From NCBI GenBank assembly GCA_964016885.1, contig OZ024741.1, forward strand, positions 266,414,001 to 266,478,000: a stretch of 64,000 bases of DNA, given 5' to 3'. The notes under the pieces were generated by a model that was not told the DNA's origin, ran no database searches, and was given only the letters and a program-made list of their open reading frames with translations. This document shows, in pieces, positions 48,285 through 61,490 of this stretch. Source of the stretch: Eledone cirrhosa. Lineage: Eukaryota. The position numbers and the translations under genes were made by a program. Numbering within the stretch: position 1 is the stretch's first letter; each line of letters begins with the position of its first letter.

Positions 48285-51200
48285 TAGGTATGTTGTATGT
48301 GGTACCTGCCTCAAGAGAAGTGTACAGCTATGATCTAGGTATGTTGTATGTGGTAATAACCTGGCTCAAGAGAAGTGTACAGCTATGATCTAGGTATGTT
48401 GTATGTGGTGATAACCTGGCTCAAGAGAAGTGTACAGCTATGATCTAGGTATGTTGTATGTGGTGATAACCTGGCTCAAGAGAAGTGTACAGCTATGATC
48501 TAGGTGTGTTGTATGTCGTGATAACCTGGCTCAAGAGAAGTGTACAGCTATGATCTAGGTATGTTGTATGTGGTGATAACTTGATTCAAGAGAAGTATAC
48601 AGCTATGATCTAGGTGTGTTGTATGTGGTGATAACCTGACTCAAGAGAAGTGTACAGCTATGATCTAGGTGTGTTGTATGTGGTAATAACCTGGCTCAAG
48701 AGAAGTGTACAGCTAGTATCTAGGTGTGTTGTATGTGGTGATAACCTAGCTCAAGAGAAGTGTACAGCTATGATCTAGGTATGTTGTATGTGGTGATAAC
48801 CTGGCTCAAGAGAAGTGTACAGCTATGATCTAGGTGTGTTGTATGTGGTGATAACCTGGCTCAAGAGAAGTGTACAGCTATGATCTAGGTGTGTTGTATG
48901 TGATGATAACCTGGCCCAAGAGAAGTGTAAAGCTATGATCTAGGTATGTTGTATGTGGTGATAACTTGATTCAAGAGAAGTGTACAGCTATGATCTAGGT
49001 GTGTTGTATGTGGTGATAACCTGACTCAAGAGAAGTGTACAGCTATGATCTAGGTGTGTTGTATGTGGTAATAACCTGGCTCAAGAGAAGTGTACAGCTA
49101 TGATCTAGGTGTGTTGTATGTGGTGATAACCTGGCCCAAGAGAAGTGTAAAGCTATGATCTAGGTATGTTGTATGTGGTGATAACCTGACTCAAGAGAAG
49201 TGTACAGCTATGATCAAGGTATGTTGTATGTGGTGATAACCTGACTCAAGAGAAGTGTACAGATATGATCTAGGTGTGTTGTATGTGGTGATAACCTGGC
49301 TCAAGAGAAGTGTACAGCTATGATCTAGGTGTGTTGTATGTGGTGATAACCTGACCCAAGAGAAGTGTAAAGCTATGATCTAGGTATGTTGTATGTGGAG
49401 ATAACCTGGCTCAAGAGAAGTGTACAGGTATGATCTAGGTGTGTTGTATGTGGTGATAACCTGGCTCAAGAGAAGTGTACAGGTATGTCCTAGGTATGTT
49501 GTATGTGGTGATAACCTGGCTCAAGAGAAGTGTACAGGTATGTCCTAGGTATGTTGTATGTGGTGATAACCTGGCTCAAGAGAAGTGTACAGCTATGATC
49601 TAGGTATGTTGTATGTGGTGATAACTTGATTCAAGAGAAGTGTACAGCTATGATCTAGGTGTGTTGTATGTGGTGATAACCTGACTCAAGAGAAGTGTAC
49701 AGCTATGATCTAGGTGTGTTGTATGTGGTGATAACTTGATTCAAGAGAAGTGTACAGCTATGATCTAGGTGTGTTGTATGTGGTGATAACCTGACTCAAG
49801 AGAAGTGTACAGCTATGATCTAGGTGTGTTGTATGTGGTGATAACCTGACTCAAGAGAAGTGTACAGCTATGATCTAGGTGTGTTGTATGTGGTGATAAC
49901 TTGACTCAAGAGAAGTGTACAGCTATGATCTAGGTGTGTTGTATGTGGTAATAACCTGGCTCAAGAGAAGTGTACAGCTATGATCTAGGTGTGTTGTATG
50001 TGGTGATAACCTGGCCCAAGAGAAGTGTAAAGCTATGATCTAGGTATGTTGTATGTGGTGATAACCTGACTCAAGAGAAGTGTACAGCTATGATCAAGGT
50101 ATGTTGTATGTGGTGATAACCTGACTCAAGAGAAGTGTACAGATATGATCTAGGTGTGTTGTATGTGGTGATAACCTGGCTCAAGAGAAGTGTACAGCTA
50201 TGATCTAGGTGTGTTGTATGTGGTGATAACCTGACCCAAGAGAAGTGTAAAGCTATGATCTAGGTATGTTGTATGTGGAGATAACCTGGCTCAAGAGAAG
50301 TGTACAGGTATGATCTAGGTGTGTTGTATGTGGTAATAACCTGGCTCAAGAGAAGTGTACAGCTATGATCTAGGTATGTTGTATGTGGTAATAGCCTGGC
50401 TCAAGAGAAGTGTACAGGTATGTCCTAGGTATGTTGTATGTGGTGATAACCTGGCTCAAGAGAAGTGTACAGCTATGATCTAGGTATGTTGTATGTGGTG
50501 ATAACCTGACTCAAGAGAAGTGTACAGCTATGATCTAGGTGTGTTGTATGTGGTGATAACCTGACTCAAGAGAAGTGTACAGCTATGATCTAGGTGTGTT
50601 GTATGTGGTGATAACCTGGCTCAAGAGAAGTGTACAGGTATGTCCTAGGTATGTTGTATGTGGTGATAACCTGGCTCAAGAGAAGTGTACAGCTATGATC
50701 TAGGTGTGTTGTATGTGGTGATAACTTGACTCAAGAGAAGTGTACAGCTATGATCTAGGTGTGTTGTATGTGGTGATAACTTGATTCAAGAGAAGTGTAC
50801 AGCTATGATCTAGGTGTGTTGTATGTGGTGATAAACTGGCCCAAGAGAAGTGTACAGCTATGATCTAGGTATGTTGTATGTGGTGATAACCTGGCTCAAG
50901 AGAAGTGTACAGCTATTATCTAGGTGTGTTGTATGTGGTGATAACCTGGCTCAAGAGAAGTGTACAGCTATGATCTAGGTGTGTTGTATGTGGTGATAAC
51001 CTGGCTCAAGAGAAGTGTACAGCTATGATCTAGGTGTGTTGTATGTGGTGATAACCTGGCTCAAGAGAAGTGTACAGCTATGATCTAGGTGTGTTGTATG
51101 TGGTAATAACCTGACTCAAGAGAAGTGTACAGCTATGATCTAGGTGTGTTGTATGTGGTAATAACCTGACTCAAGAGAAGTGTACAGCTATGATCTAGGT

Positions 51201-51502
51201 GTGTTGTATGTGGTAATAACCTGACTCAAGAGAAGTGTACAGCTATGATCTAGGTGCGTTGTATGTGGTGATAACCTGACTCAAGAGAAGTGTACAGCTA
51301 TGATCTAGGTGTGTTGTATGTGGTAATAGCCTGGCTCAAGAGAAGTGTACAGGTATGTCCTAGGTATGTTGTATGTGGTGATAACCTGACTCAAGAGAAG
51401 TGTACAGTTATGATCTAGGTGTGTTGTATGTGGTAATAACCTGGCTCAAGAGAAGTGTACAGCTATGATCTAGGTGTGTTGTATGTGGTAATAACCTGAC
51501 TA
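48285..51502. repeat. 55-bp satellite (about 58 units)
   Basis: Unit ctcaagagaagtgtacagctatgatctaggt(a/g)tgttgtatgtggtgataacctgg. Confidence 0.97.
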
Positions 51503-51714
51503 AATAAGGGGTTGTTACAAACAAAATGGAAAGCAATCTTCATAAAAATCATCCCTTTTTATAAAAGAAATTTTCTTTAGATAGATCATGGCTGATTAAA
51601 CATAGTAGGCTAAGCTATTTATTAAGGCTATAAACCTTCTAGCATATCTAGGAAGAAGTTCAAGAAATCATAAGAAAGTTAAAATCACATATATTTGCTG
51701 TGTCAGTAATTTTA

Positions 51715-51939
51715 CCACCACTTCAACCACCACTACTACACAACCAGCTACTACCACCACAAAACTACCACTACAACATAACACTCCTTCTACTACTACT
51801 ACTTCTGCTGATGTGCTGTTACTGCTACTTCTGTTACTACTATTACCACCACCACCACAACCAGTACTACTACTACTACTACTACTGATGTTACTGCTAC
51901 TGCTACTTGTGTTACTACCAACACCACCACCTCCACTAG

Positions 51940-51989
<50 letters not shown>

Positions 51990-52355
51990 ACCACTACAAC
52001 TTTCATCACTAACCCAACCATCACTAACACCACTACTAACAACATCTTCATCATTACCATTATCATCATCATCATTGTTTTACAATAGTAGCTGATGGTC
52101 ACAACCCTCTTCCCCTACCCATTTCAGCTTCCGTAATCAGTTATGGTCCCATGGTCAGGGGTTTAGTCCAGGTCATCAACAAGATTTGTATCTCTAGGTG
52201 GAATTTGTAATTAGTATGAATGGTGATGATGATAGAATCTATCTTTGAAACTGATGTTGCTTCTTTGTGAATCCTTTCAAGAGAACAGCTGTTGGCTGCC
52301 ACTATTCATCATCAGCATCGCTATCATCATCATATCATCATCATCATTGCCATTG

Positions 52356-52406
<51 letters not shown>

Positions 52407-52465
52407 CCACCATCATCATCATCATTGCCATCATCATCGCCACCACCACCATCATCATCATCATT
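51715..52465. repeat. (CTA)n/(CCA)n and (CAT)n tracts
   Basis: Low-complexity trinucleotide repeats. Confidence 0.9.
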
Positions 52466-53060
52466 GATCTATGTCTGTTTTTCCATGCTTGCATGGGTTG
52501 GACAGGTCTTTTCCAGTGCAACCTCATTCCTTCATCATCTTCTCTCTGAGCTTCAGTGATTTGAGATCAGCCCTCATAACCTCTGCTCAAGTCTTCCTTT
52601 TCTTTCATCTAGTGTATCTCTGTTTCATTGGGATGTCTTGACACGTCTTTACTCAATGATCATCACCCATATGCATGACATGTCCATACCAGTGCAGTTC
52701 TTTCTCCTGCACACTATATCTCATTCCTCTGATATCCAGTTTTTCTCTCAGCTCATCTATGCTCTGTCTTTCACACATTCATAATGCACATCTATCAAAA
52801 CATGCTTGCTTCATTTCTTTCCAGCCATTGTGTATTCTCTGCATTCATTGCCCATGTCTCACTATCATGCAATATCACACTTCGCACACAGGTATCATAC
52901 AGCTGGCCTTTTTTTTTTTTTTAAAGAAACCTTTTGTTGCCAACAGAGGTAGTAGCTCCTTGAACTTTTTCCATCCTGTACTTACTCTAGCAACTATGCC
53001 CTCAGTGCAGCCTCCTTCCCAACAAATTTAGTCACTTAGGTAGCAGAAGCTATCAATGGA
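52466..53060 (-). mobile_element. Old degenerate RTE 3' fragment
   Basis: Remnants of FCYLSD, GWKKFKELLPLL, WYGHVM and EVMRADL. Confidence 0.8.
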
Positions 53061-53659
53061 GTATTTCTGGGATTAGAAAAGGTTTATTTCATGGATGCTC
53101 TTACTATTAACTATCCCTGTGCATCTGCCACAATGCTACAAAATATATAACGTTTCTTCTTCTGTCTAACTATAAATTTTAACTCAACTCTAATGGGTTA
53201 ACCCTTACAAGTTCTACAGCTACAGACAGCAAAATAAAGTTATTATCAGTCAGTTACAATAAATTCTGAATAAGATAAAATTATAAACCAAGTGTAATTA
53301 ACTCTGTGGTTTATTAGCATCAAATGACTGGCTTCTGGGAACATGCTGAGGAAATTGATTCAAGCAATATAAATCACATGAAAATTACATAGAATGAGAA
53401 ATGTTTTGTAAATTTCAAGGGAAATATATACATTAACAAATAACATTGCATAATATATAATGTTTATCTGGTTTAGAGTAGGTACATGGTATCCCTGTGT
53501 GTCATCAGAGGTGACTAAAAGGGTTGGGGCTAGGAAGGGCATTGGGCTATAAAACATTGCTTCAAAAAGGACCTCATGATCAATATGAAGTTTGTCATGG
53601 GGCTTGCAAGGCTAACTCCTGATTTAGTAGGGAAAATAGCCTTCTTATTGTAATATAAC

Positions 53660-55612
53660 TAAGGGCAGTAGATTGGTAGAATTGGTAGAGCATCGGACAA
53701 CATGCTTTGCAGCATATAGTTATAGCCCTTTATGATCTGGGTTCAAATCCCGTCAAGGTTAGCTTTGCTTTTCATCCTTACATGGTTGATAAAATAAAGT
53801 ACCAGTAATGTACTGGAGGTGACTAATCAACTTTCCCTTCAAATTGGTGGCCTTCTGCCAAAGGTAGAAACAGTTATTGTAATATAAGCATATTTTTTCT
53901 TATTAAGCTGGTGTTTGGAACTTAACTTAACAAAGGTTCTCACATAGAATTATGATGGAAGGTTTTTAGATAAATATGTGCATTTTAAAATAAACAGCTT
54001 TGTATTGTAGAACCAGAGGTGGTTTCTGGCAGTTTAGTATCAAAAGGGTTAACTCCAAAGTCTACCAAACATAAAAGTTTGTGAGTGCATACCAAGATTT
54101 ATGAAACTACTGCATGTGTGCTTAACCTTTTTGATACCAAATCACTTGAAACTGTTCTTGGTTCTATAATATAAAACTGTTTATTTTAGAGTGTTTCTAT
54201 TTATCTAAAAATCTTCCATCTTAATTTTATGTAAGATCCTTTGTTAAGTTATGTTCCAAATACCAGATAAATTCTTAGAGAGTGTTAGATATATCATTAC
54301 TAAATCCCTCCAATTTCTTGATTATTTTCAAAATGATATGAAAGGTAGTGTTTTTCATTTGAAAAATGGTAACAAAAGGGTTAGAATATTTAAGAATCGT
54401 TTTATCAACCCCGTAAGGATGAAAGGTAAAGTTAACCTCGGCGGGATTTCAACTCAGATCATAAAGGGACGTAACTCTATGCTACAAAGCATATTGTCTG
54501 ACGTTCTACGGATACTGCCAATCCACTGCCCTTAAACACCAGATAAATAATGACAAAAGTTAATTATATTACTAAATCTTTTTAAATTCTTGATTTCTTA
54601 TTCTAAAATTATTTGAAAACCATAGACAGTGTCTTTCATTAGAAATATGATAATGAAAGAGTTAAATAATTATCTAAGGCCCCCTTCAGTCAAGACTGAC
54701 CATAGGCTTTCAGCTTAAAAGTTACCCTCTGTGCTGCAAACCCGAGTAAGATGTTTTGTCAAAGACAAGCTGTTGGTCATTCATGCCAGACTCCCTTCAT
54801 CATGCCACCGAATGGAAAGGCAAAGGTCAATACTGTTTGATACCAGTGTCATCACAGCGCATTTTTCCAGCTGAGTTGATTGGAGCAACGAAAGGTAAAG
54901 TGTCTGGCTCAAGACCTCAGTATACTGCTTGATCCAGGGAATCAAACTCATAATCTTACAATCTTACAATTGTGATCCCAACACTTTAACCACTAAGCCA
55001 TGAGCCTTCACAATCAATTGATTGATCAGTGTAACAGTCTGCCTGTGATATGAACGTGATAGTGACTGAGCATTCCACAGACACTGTACCTTTAAAATAG
55101 TTCTCGGGGAGATTCAGCATAACACAGTGTGTGGCAAGACTGATCCTTTAAATTACTGGTACAACTCATCTTCCAGCTGAGTAAATGGGTACCTTATGAA
55201 ATAAGGTGTTTTGTTCAAGGACACAACACACCACACCAGTCTGGGGAATTGAACTCATGACCTAATGATTTTAAGCCCAACTCCTTAATCACTGTGCCAT
55301 GGGCCTTCACAATCAATTAATTAATACTTAATATGTATGCATGCATTGTCCCATAACTCCCAAGGGAGTTGTAGGGGTGCTGTATTGACATAGGGCTTTC
55401 CTGATAGAGAGAGTGAGAGAATGGAAGGAAGAAATAAATATAGAGGAAGAACTGATGCCAGTATTTGACTGGTACTTTTTTTTAACAACCTCAAAAGGAT
55501 GAAAGGCAAAGTTAACCTCAGTGGGATTTGAACTCAGAGAGCATAGAACTGAAATGGATACTGCAGAGCATTCTATCCGGTATTCTAATGACTCTGCCAA
55601 TTCACCACTTTA
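53660..55612. mobile_element. Cluster of SINE B copies (53660-53880 +, 54400-54533 -, 55455-55612 -), TTAA-MITE pieces and other tRNA-SINE remnants
   Basis: Shared SINE B core, aaaagggttaa termini, and aaccactaagccatg heads at about 54990 and 55290. Confidence 0.7.
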
Positions 55613-56251
55613 ATTAATACTACCAATATTAAAAAGAAAAAAAAAGATTTTAACCATAAAGTCTAAGAAATCTAAAGTATTGTGAGTGTGTGCGAAGATT
55701 TATGAAATTATTGTATTAATGTTTTTAATATTTGGATAATGAGGACATTTTATTCTGGACAAAAGATTGTTTTTGTCTTAGGAATGTGGCAACCTAACCC
55801 AAATCTCCCAAGAGAGAGAGGGAGGGAGGGAGGGAGAGGAAGAGAGGGAGAGGAAAAGAGAGTAATAGAGAGAGGAGTATGAGAGAAGGGGAGCAAAAGA
55901 GAGGAATAGAGAGAGAGAGGAGGAGAGACAGAGAGGGAGATTCTACATTGTTTATTTATTTAACTCCCCCACCATAGTTCAGCCATTGTCAGAAGTGACT
56001 TTCATTAGAATAACAGTAGAACATATAGTGGTTTCATCTTTCATGTAAACTAATCAGTTTTTACATATCATCCAACTAACTTGTCTATCTCTCTCTCTTA
56101 ATATATGTGTGTGTATACACACACATATATATATTTATATATACAAACACATAAGAGATGTCAACATAAATGGACCTGTTATTTTTATCTAAAGACATTT
56201 TTTCCAATTCCACCCCACTCGTCCCTTCAATCTATCTTATTTCTCATTCTT

Positions 56252-56287
56252 TCTTCTGATGAAGGACTAGCATCCGAAACATTAAGA
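56252..56287 (+). ncRNA. Minimal (Penelope-type) hammerhead motif, probably decayed
   Basis: tctt CTGATGA a gga ctagca tcc GAAAC ATT aaga. Confidence 0.5.
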
Positions 56288-56931
56288 CCCTCTTCCTGCT
56301 ATTTCAAGTATTAACCTAATATATTCCTTCCATATACTGTACTGATTGTGTTGTTGTTGTGCACCCTCCTGTTATATATATAATGGTCCACTGTTGTCAT
56401 CACCATTGTAATTTTTTATTTGAACTTTTCCAAGTTGACCTGGGTTTGATGGAACTTTTTGAAGCAATGTTTTATAGTTAGATGTCCTACATAAACCTTT
56501 TTAGTTGTTTCTTACACCATGCAGAGGCATGGCGTACCTATTCTAAACTGGATACACATCATCATCACCATCCTCCCCATCATCATGATCATCGTTTAAC
56601 GGCCACTTTCCATGCTAGTATGTGTTAGACGAGTTGTCCCATTTGTGGCAAGTTGGGTCAGGTGATTGTGTCTTGCTCATACAGAACTGTTTCTGACCAG
56701 ATTTCTATAGCTAGATAGCATTCCTAACACCAACCACATTTACAGTTTGTGCTGGGTGCTTTTTGTTGTGACTCCTACACAACCACTTTACAGTGTGTGC
56801 TGGGTGTTTTTTCTCATGTCACCTACATGACCACTTTACAGTGTGGGCTGGGTACTTTTTGACAACCAGATATACATGGAGACTGGATATATGTGTGGCA
56901 GAAAATTGGTTATTAGAATAGTAAATAGAAT

Positions 56932-57117
56932 TGTTTCTACTTTTGGCACAAGGCCAGCAATTACCCAGTACATTACTGGTACTTTATTTTATCGACCCCC
57001 GTAAGGATGACAGGCAAAGTTAACCTCGACGGGATTTGAACTCAGACAGTAAAGGGACGTAACTATGCTGGAAAGCATGGCGTCCGACTCTCTACCGATA
57101 CTGCCAATCCACCGCCC
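56932..57117 (-). mobile_element. Young full-length SINE B with a 19-bp TSD, nested in an older SINE B
   Basis: TSD ttagaatagtaaatagaat at 56913-56931 and 57118-57136; nearly identical to 5018-5206. Confidence 0.9.
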
Positions 57118-57417
57118 TTAGAATAGTAAATAGAATGCTTTGTAGTAATTGCTCTTTGTGTTCTGAATTCAAAATCTCGTTGAGGTCAACTTTACCTTTC
57201 ACCATTTTGAAATCAGTAAAAAGAAAAGTACCAATCTAGTACTAGAACCATTTCTTTTTCTTTATCTCTATTTTGCTTCCTCTCTTGCACTCTCTCTCCT
57301 CTGGAATAAATTGGTTGTGTTCAGACCTGGTAATGGATGGGTTCCATCAAGTTTTAATTCCCAAGAAACACCATATATTAATACAGTGCCCCTATAACTC
57401 CACCAGAAGTTACAGGT

Positions 57418-57496
<79 letters not shown>

Positions 57497-58085
57497 TGTG
57501 TGTGTCACGGGTTTTATCAGGGCTAACCACAGTTAGTAAAGTACTCAATACATTAGTAGAGTGTAAACATCATGTTTAATATAGAAATGGCTTCTACAGG
57601 ACTAAAACAGTTTTCAAAAGAAATCATCAGGAAAGCCTGATGATTTCTTTTGAATGAAACAGTGGGGTGGGTGGGAGAAATCTGAAAACTTAATAAGTGT
57701 GTGTGTGTGTGGGAGGGGTCATTATTTGAGGCCTGAGAGTACTTTTCATGCCAGGTTAATTCCGCGTATTTTATCTTGTGTCATACAAGTCTTTCTTTAT
57801 CAGTCAGTATCTACGAAACACTATGTTTCAACTGAGTAATTGAATGTCTTTCAAATAAACTGTTGACAATGATAAGTAACTAACCGACCAATTTGTAATA
57901 ATAGCTTGCTGTCCTCAATACAACAATATACACCCTGCAATCATTATATTTCATTAAAAGTTTGTTTTATTAGCCGAGATAACCAGCCAAGTGAAGCCAT
58001 GTTAGTGGATACAAACAAAACTGGCAGCTTCCCATTGTTTGTAAAGAAAGTCACATTGATTATTATTATTATAATTGTTCAATGA

Positions 58086-58200
58086 TCTGAGTTCAAATCC
58101 CGCCGAGGTTAACTTTGCCTCTCATCCTTACGGGGTCGATAAAATAAAGTACCAGTAATGTACTGGGTAATTGCTGGCCTTGTGCCAAAAAGTAGAAACA
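58086..58200 (+). mobile_element. 5'-truncated SINE B flanked by ~143-bp direct repeats
   Basis: 57943-58085 matches 58201-58344. Confidence 0.85.
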
Positions 58201-59961
58201 ATTATATTTCATTAAAAATTTGTTTTATTAGCCGAGATAACCAGCCAAGTGTAACCATGTGTAGTGGATACAAACAAAACTGGCAGCTTCCCATTGTATG
58301 TAAAGAAAGTCACATTGATTATTATTATTATAATTGTTCAATGAGTTTGTTGAAAGGTAGGTGAGAGTGGGTAGCAGGGTCTGAGTGAATGGCCTGCTTT
58401 GAGTATATGTCTGTATATTGGAGGAGGATAACTAGCAGAGGACACTTGCCCTAGCAATCAGGGTGACGGGGGCTTATTGTGGACTTTCTCCACAATAAGC
58501 CATCGTACCCTCTATTGGGGAATCTGTTTTTGTTTGTTTGATTTTTTAAAATGTTTACTTTTTTAGTTTTTGTTATAAGCTCCTGTTTTACCCACAACCC
58601 CCACACTATCATCTTGTGTCATCTCTATTGTTTGCTTAATGTCAGCCCTTAGTGGCTAATCATTTTTATTAGCTTTGCTTTTCACCCTTATGGGGGTTAA
58701 TAAAATAAAGTACCAGTAATGCACTGGAGTTGATTAATTGACTTCCCCCTCTCCCAAAATTGCTGGCCTTGTGGCTAAATCAGAAACCATTATCATTACT
58801 ATTATTTGGCAGAGCATCAGACATGCTTTGCTGCATAGAGATGCGGCCCTTTATGTCCTGAGTTCAAATCCCACCGATGTTAGCTTTGCCCTTCATCCTT
58901 ACAGAGTTGATAAAATAAAGTACCAGTCATGCACTGGGGTCTATTTAATCGACTTTTCCCTCCCCTAAAATTGTTGGCCTTGTGCCTAAATCAGAAATCA
59001 TTATTACTATTATTATTATTCCCTTTTTCATGCTCAACACAGAACATTTTGTCAATCCAAACTCCATTTTAATATCCTCTAAGAAAATCCTAACAGTTTG
59101 GATTAAGCTGTCCAATTGATTCTCATTTTTGGCATAATTTTCAGATCATCAGTGAACAACAGATGATTCAACTTTCCATTTCCTTGGCCTGGATTATAAG
59201 CAGATTTCACATTCTTCAACAATGAAAGGGATATCATTGTCAGCACAAATAACAAGGGAGACATTCTATCATCTTGAAAATTTCAATGTTTGATTTTTAC
59301 ATTTCATAAGAATTTACCTCTTGACATTAATTGCGTGTTTTAACCAGACATGCTTTGTTTCACTAAATTGGCCATATTGTCAGCATGACCACAAATGTTC
59401 ATCACATTCAAAATTCAGCTGCGCAACACCATATTGTGCACTATCTTATAATGTGTGTGTGTGTCGGTATATTATGACTCATACACTGTTTACTTACTTA
59501 TACTTAATATTTGTACATTATTCTATGTACTATACATGCATGTTTGATGAGTTGTAGGGAACCTGAGCACTGTACACAATAATTTTCATTATTATTATCA
59601 TTTTATGTGTCTATCTATCTGAGGTTTATGTCCAAGGTGGCCACTTTGTAGGCTGTAATAGTAGCACTAGCTCTGATGATAATTTTCATTGTTATTATTT
59701 TTTTTAATAATCTATCCATGTCATGGCTAAGTTTGTCAGTCTTCTTTTGCAATTTTTTATTACCATCTTGTCAATGAAAAGTTGATTTTTTGTACCCATG
59801 CTATCTTTCTTACAACCTTTTTGCTCAAGTGTTAATAAATCTGCATTATCAGGTGGTTATACCATTCCTCTGACAAAATGGCTGTCAAGAGCTTCTATAC
59901 TGATGGCAGGCATGTAATAGGCCTAAAGTTTGATACCAATGATCCTTTTCCATGTCTTTAA

Positions 59962-60172
59962 CCCTTTAGTATTTAAACCAGCCATATCCAGCCACAATTC
60001 TTCACTTCTTTCTGTTCAAACTGGTTGTAACTGGTCGCTCATACTGGATGTTAAGGTATTGTTCTCAAAATAATATCAAAATCTCATAGATTCGATATCA
60101 TGTGAGATAATTATGCGAGATTAAGCCTTTTCTGTGAAAATACAATAGTATATATGGAGTAATGCTAAAGGG
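59962..60172. mobile_element. ~200-bp piggyBac-type MITE with TTAA TSD
   Basis: TTAA|ccctttagtatt ... aatgctaaaggg|TTAA; removing it with one TTAA restores the host RT codons GRTLLCVKD. Confidence 0.85.
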
Positions 60173-60261
60173 TTAACACATAATAGTGTTCTACCAGTTG
60201 TCATCCACACTGGTACATCCCTTTTTTGAAGACAGGCATTAAGCTGATATGGTTGACCTTG

Positions 60262-61339
60262 CTGATAGCGAGGGGCCTCTGGAATTCGTTATACCTCTCA
60301 ATGATGCGGCGTAGCGTAAAGATCTGCTCTGCACAGGAACGTTTTGGTCGGAACCCTGCCTGTTGTTCTCGCAGTTCCCGGTCTACCATGCCACGCATGC
60401 GGTTCAGGATCACTAGACAATAGACCTTCCCTGGTGTGGAGAGAAGTGTCACTCCCCTCCAGTTGCCACAATCGGCAAGGTTGCCTTTCTTGGGGATACA
60501 GACAACCACTCTGTTTCTCCAGTCTTCTGGGACTTCACCCGTGTTCCACACAAGATTACATAAGTGGCCCATCCACTTGACCATGCTTTTGCCTCCTGAC
60601 TTCAGCATTTCAGCAGAAATGCCATCCATACCTGGTGACTTGTTATTCTTAAGGGCTTGTTATCTGACTTGTTATCTGGGACACACCCACCACCAACCAG
60701 TGTCTTCATTGAACAGGGGAGGTGGAGATAGTGGACAACTTCACCTACCTAGGAAGCTCCATTAACAATGAGTGCACCATAGACAGTGAACTGCAATGTA
60801 GAATGGGAAAGGCTTCAGCAGCATTTAACCAGCTTGACAAGATCTGGAAGAGCAGGAAGTTCACTCTTAAAACAAAGATGAGATTCTACAACAGCAACAT
60901 GCTGTCCACACTCATGTACGGAAGTGAAACATGGCACCTTAAGACCAGCCAAGAGAAGAAGTTGGACGCATTCGATTCCAGATGTCTGCGAAAGATCCTG
61001 GGGATTAAATGGAGTGACCATGTAACAAACCAGGAAGTCAGGAACCGCACCAACCAGCAGCTAGTCTCTTCTACCATCTGCAAGCGACGCCTGGGCTGGT
61101 TTGGACACGCTTTGAGACTTCCCCCGGAGAGACTGGCGAACCAAGTACTTAAATGGAGCCCGCAGGAAAGCAGACGGAGAGGGCGACCCAAAATGAACTG
61201 GCGCCAGGCAGTTGAGAGGGACCTGCGAGCAACAAACAGACAATGGCGGGACGCTGTGCAACTGGCTGCTGAACGAACGCAACGGAACACTATGATTGCC
61301 TCATGCGTCGCAAGACGCGGGAGCTTCTGAGTCTGAGTA
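60262..61339 (+). mobile_element. RTE (BovB-like) LINE with inverted 5' segment
   Basis: 60262-60660 on the minus strand: KSPGMDGISAEMLK..NWRGVTLLS..EQQAGFR. 60661-61330 on the plus strand: FTYLGS..LMYGSETW..RRLGWFGH..RGRP. Tail ctgagtctgagt; gaccttg on both flanks. Confidence 0.9.
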
Positions 61340-61490
61340 GACCTTGGCAGAGGTTATGAGAGCTGACCTCAAATTGCTAAGACTGGCAGAGATGACAAAG
61401 GAATGCAACAAGTGGAGAGATGCTGTGCTGAGAAGGACCTGTGTGACCCATGTAAGAATGGAAAAGCAGACGTTAAAATGATGATGATGA
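61340..61490 (+). mobile_element. Old RTE 3'-terminal fragment (short-UTR subfamily)
   Basis: AEVMRADLKLL..KWRDAVL..EKQT followed by (TGA)n. Confidence 0.8.

Noticed and set aside
53209-53265. Possible minus-strand exon (ttcag ... gtaagg)
   Set aside because: Stops in all frames; no partner exons identified
58461-58510. 13-bp hairpin ggcttattgtgga/tccacaataagcc as a terminator or ncRNA
   Set aside because: Eukaryotic context; probably part of an old retroelement 3' UTR that I cannot identify
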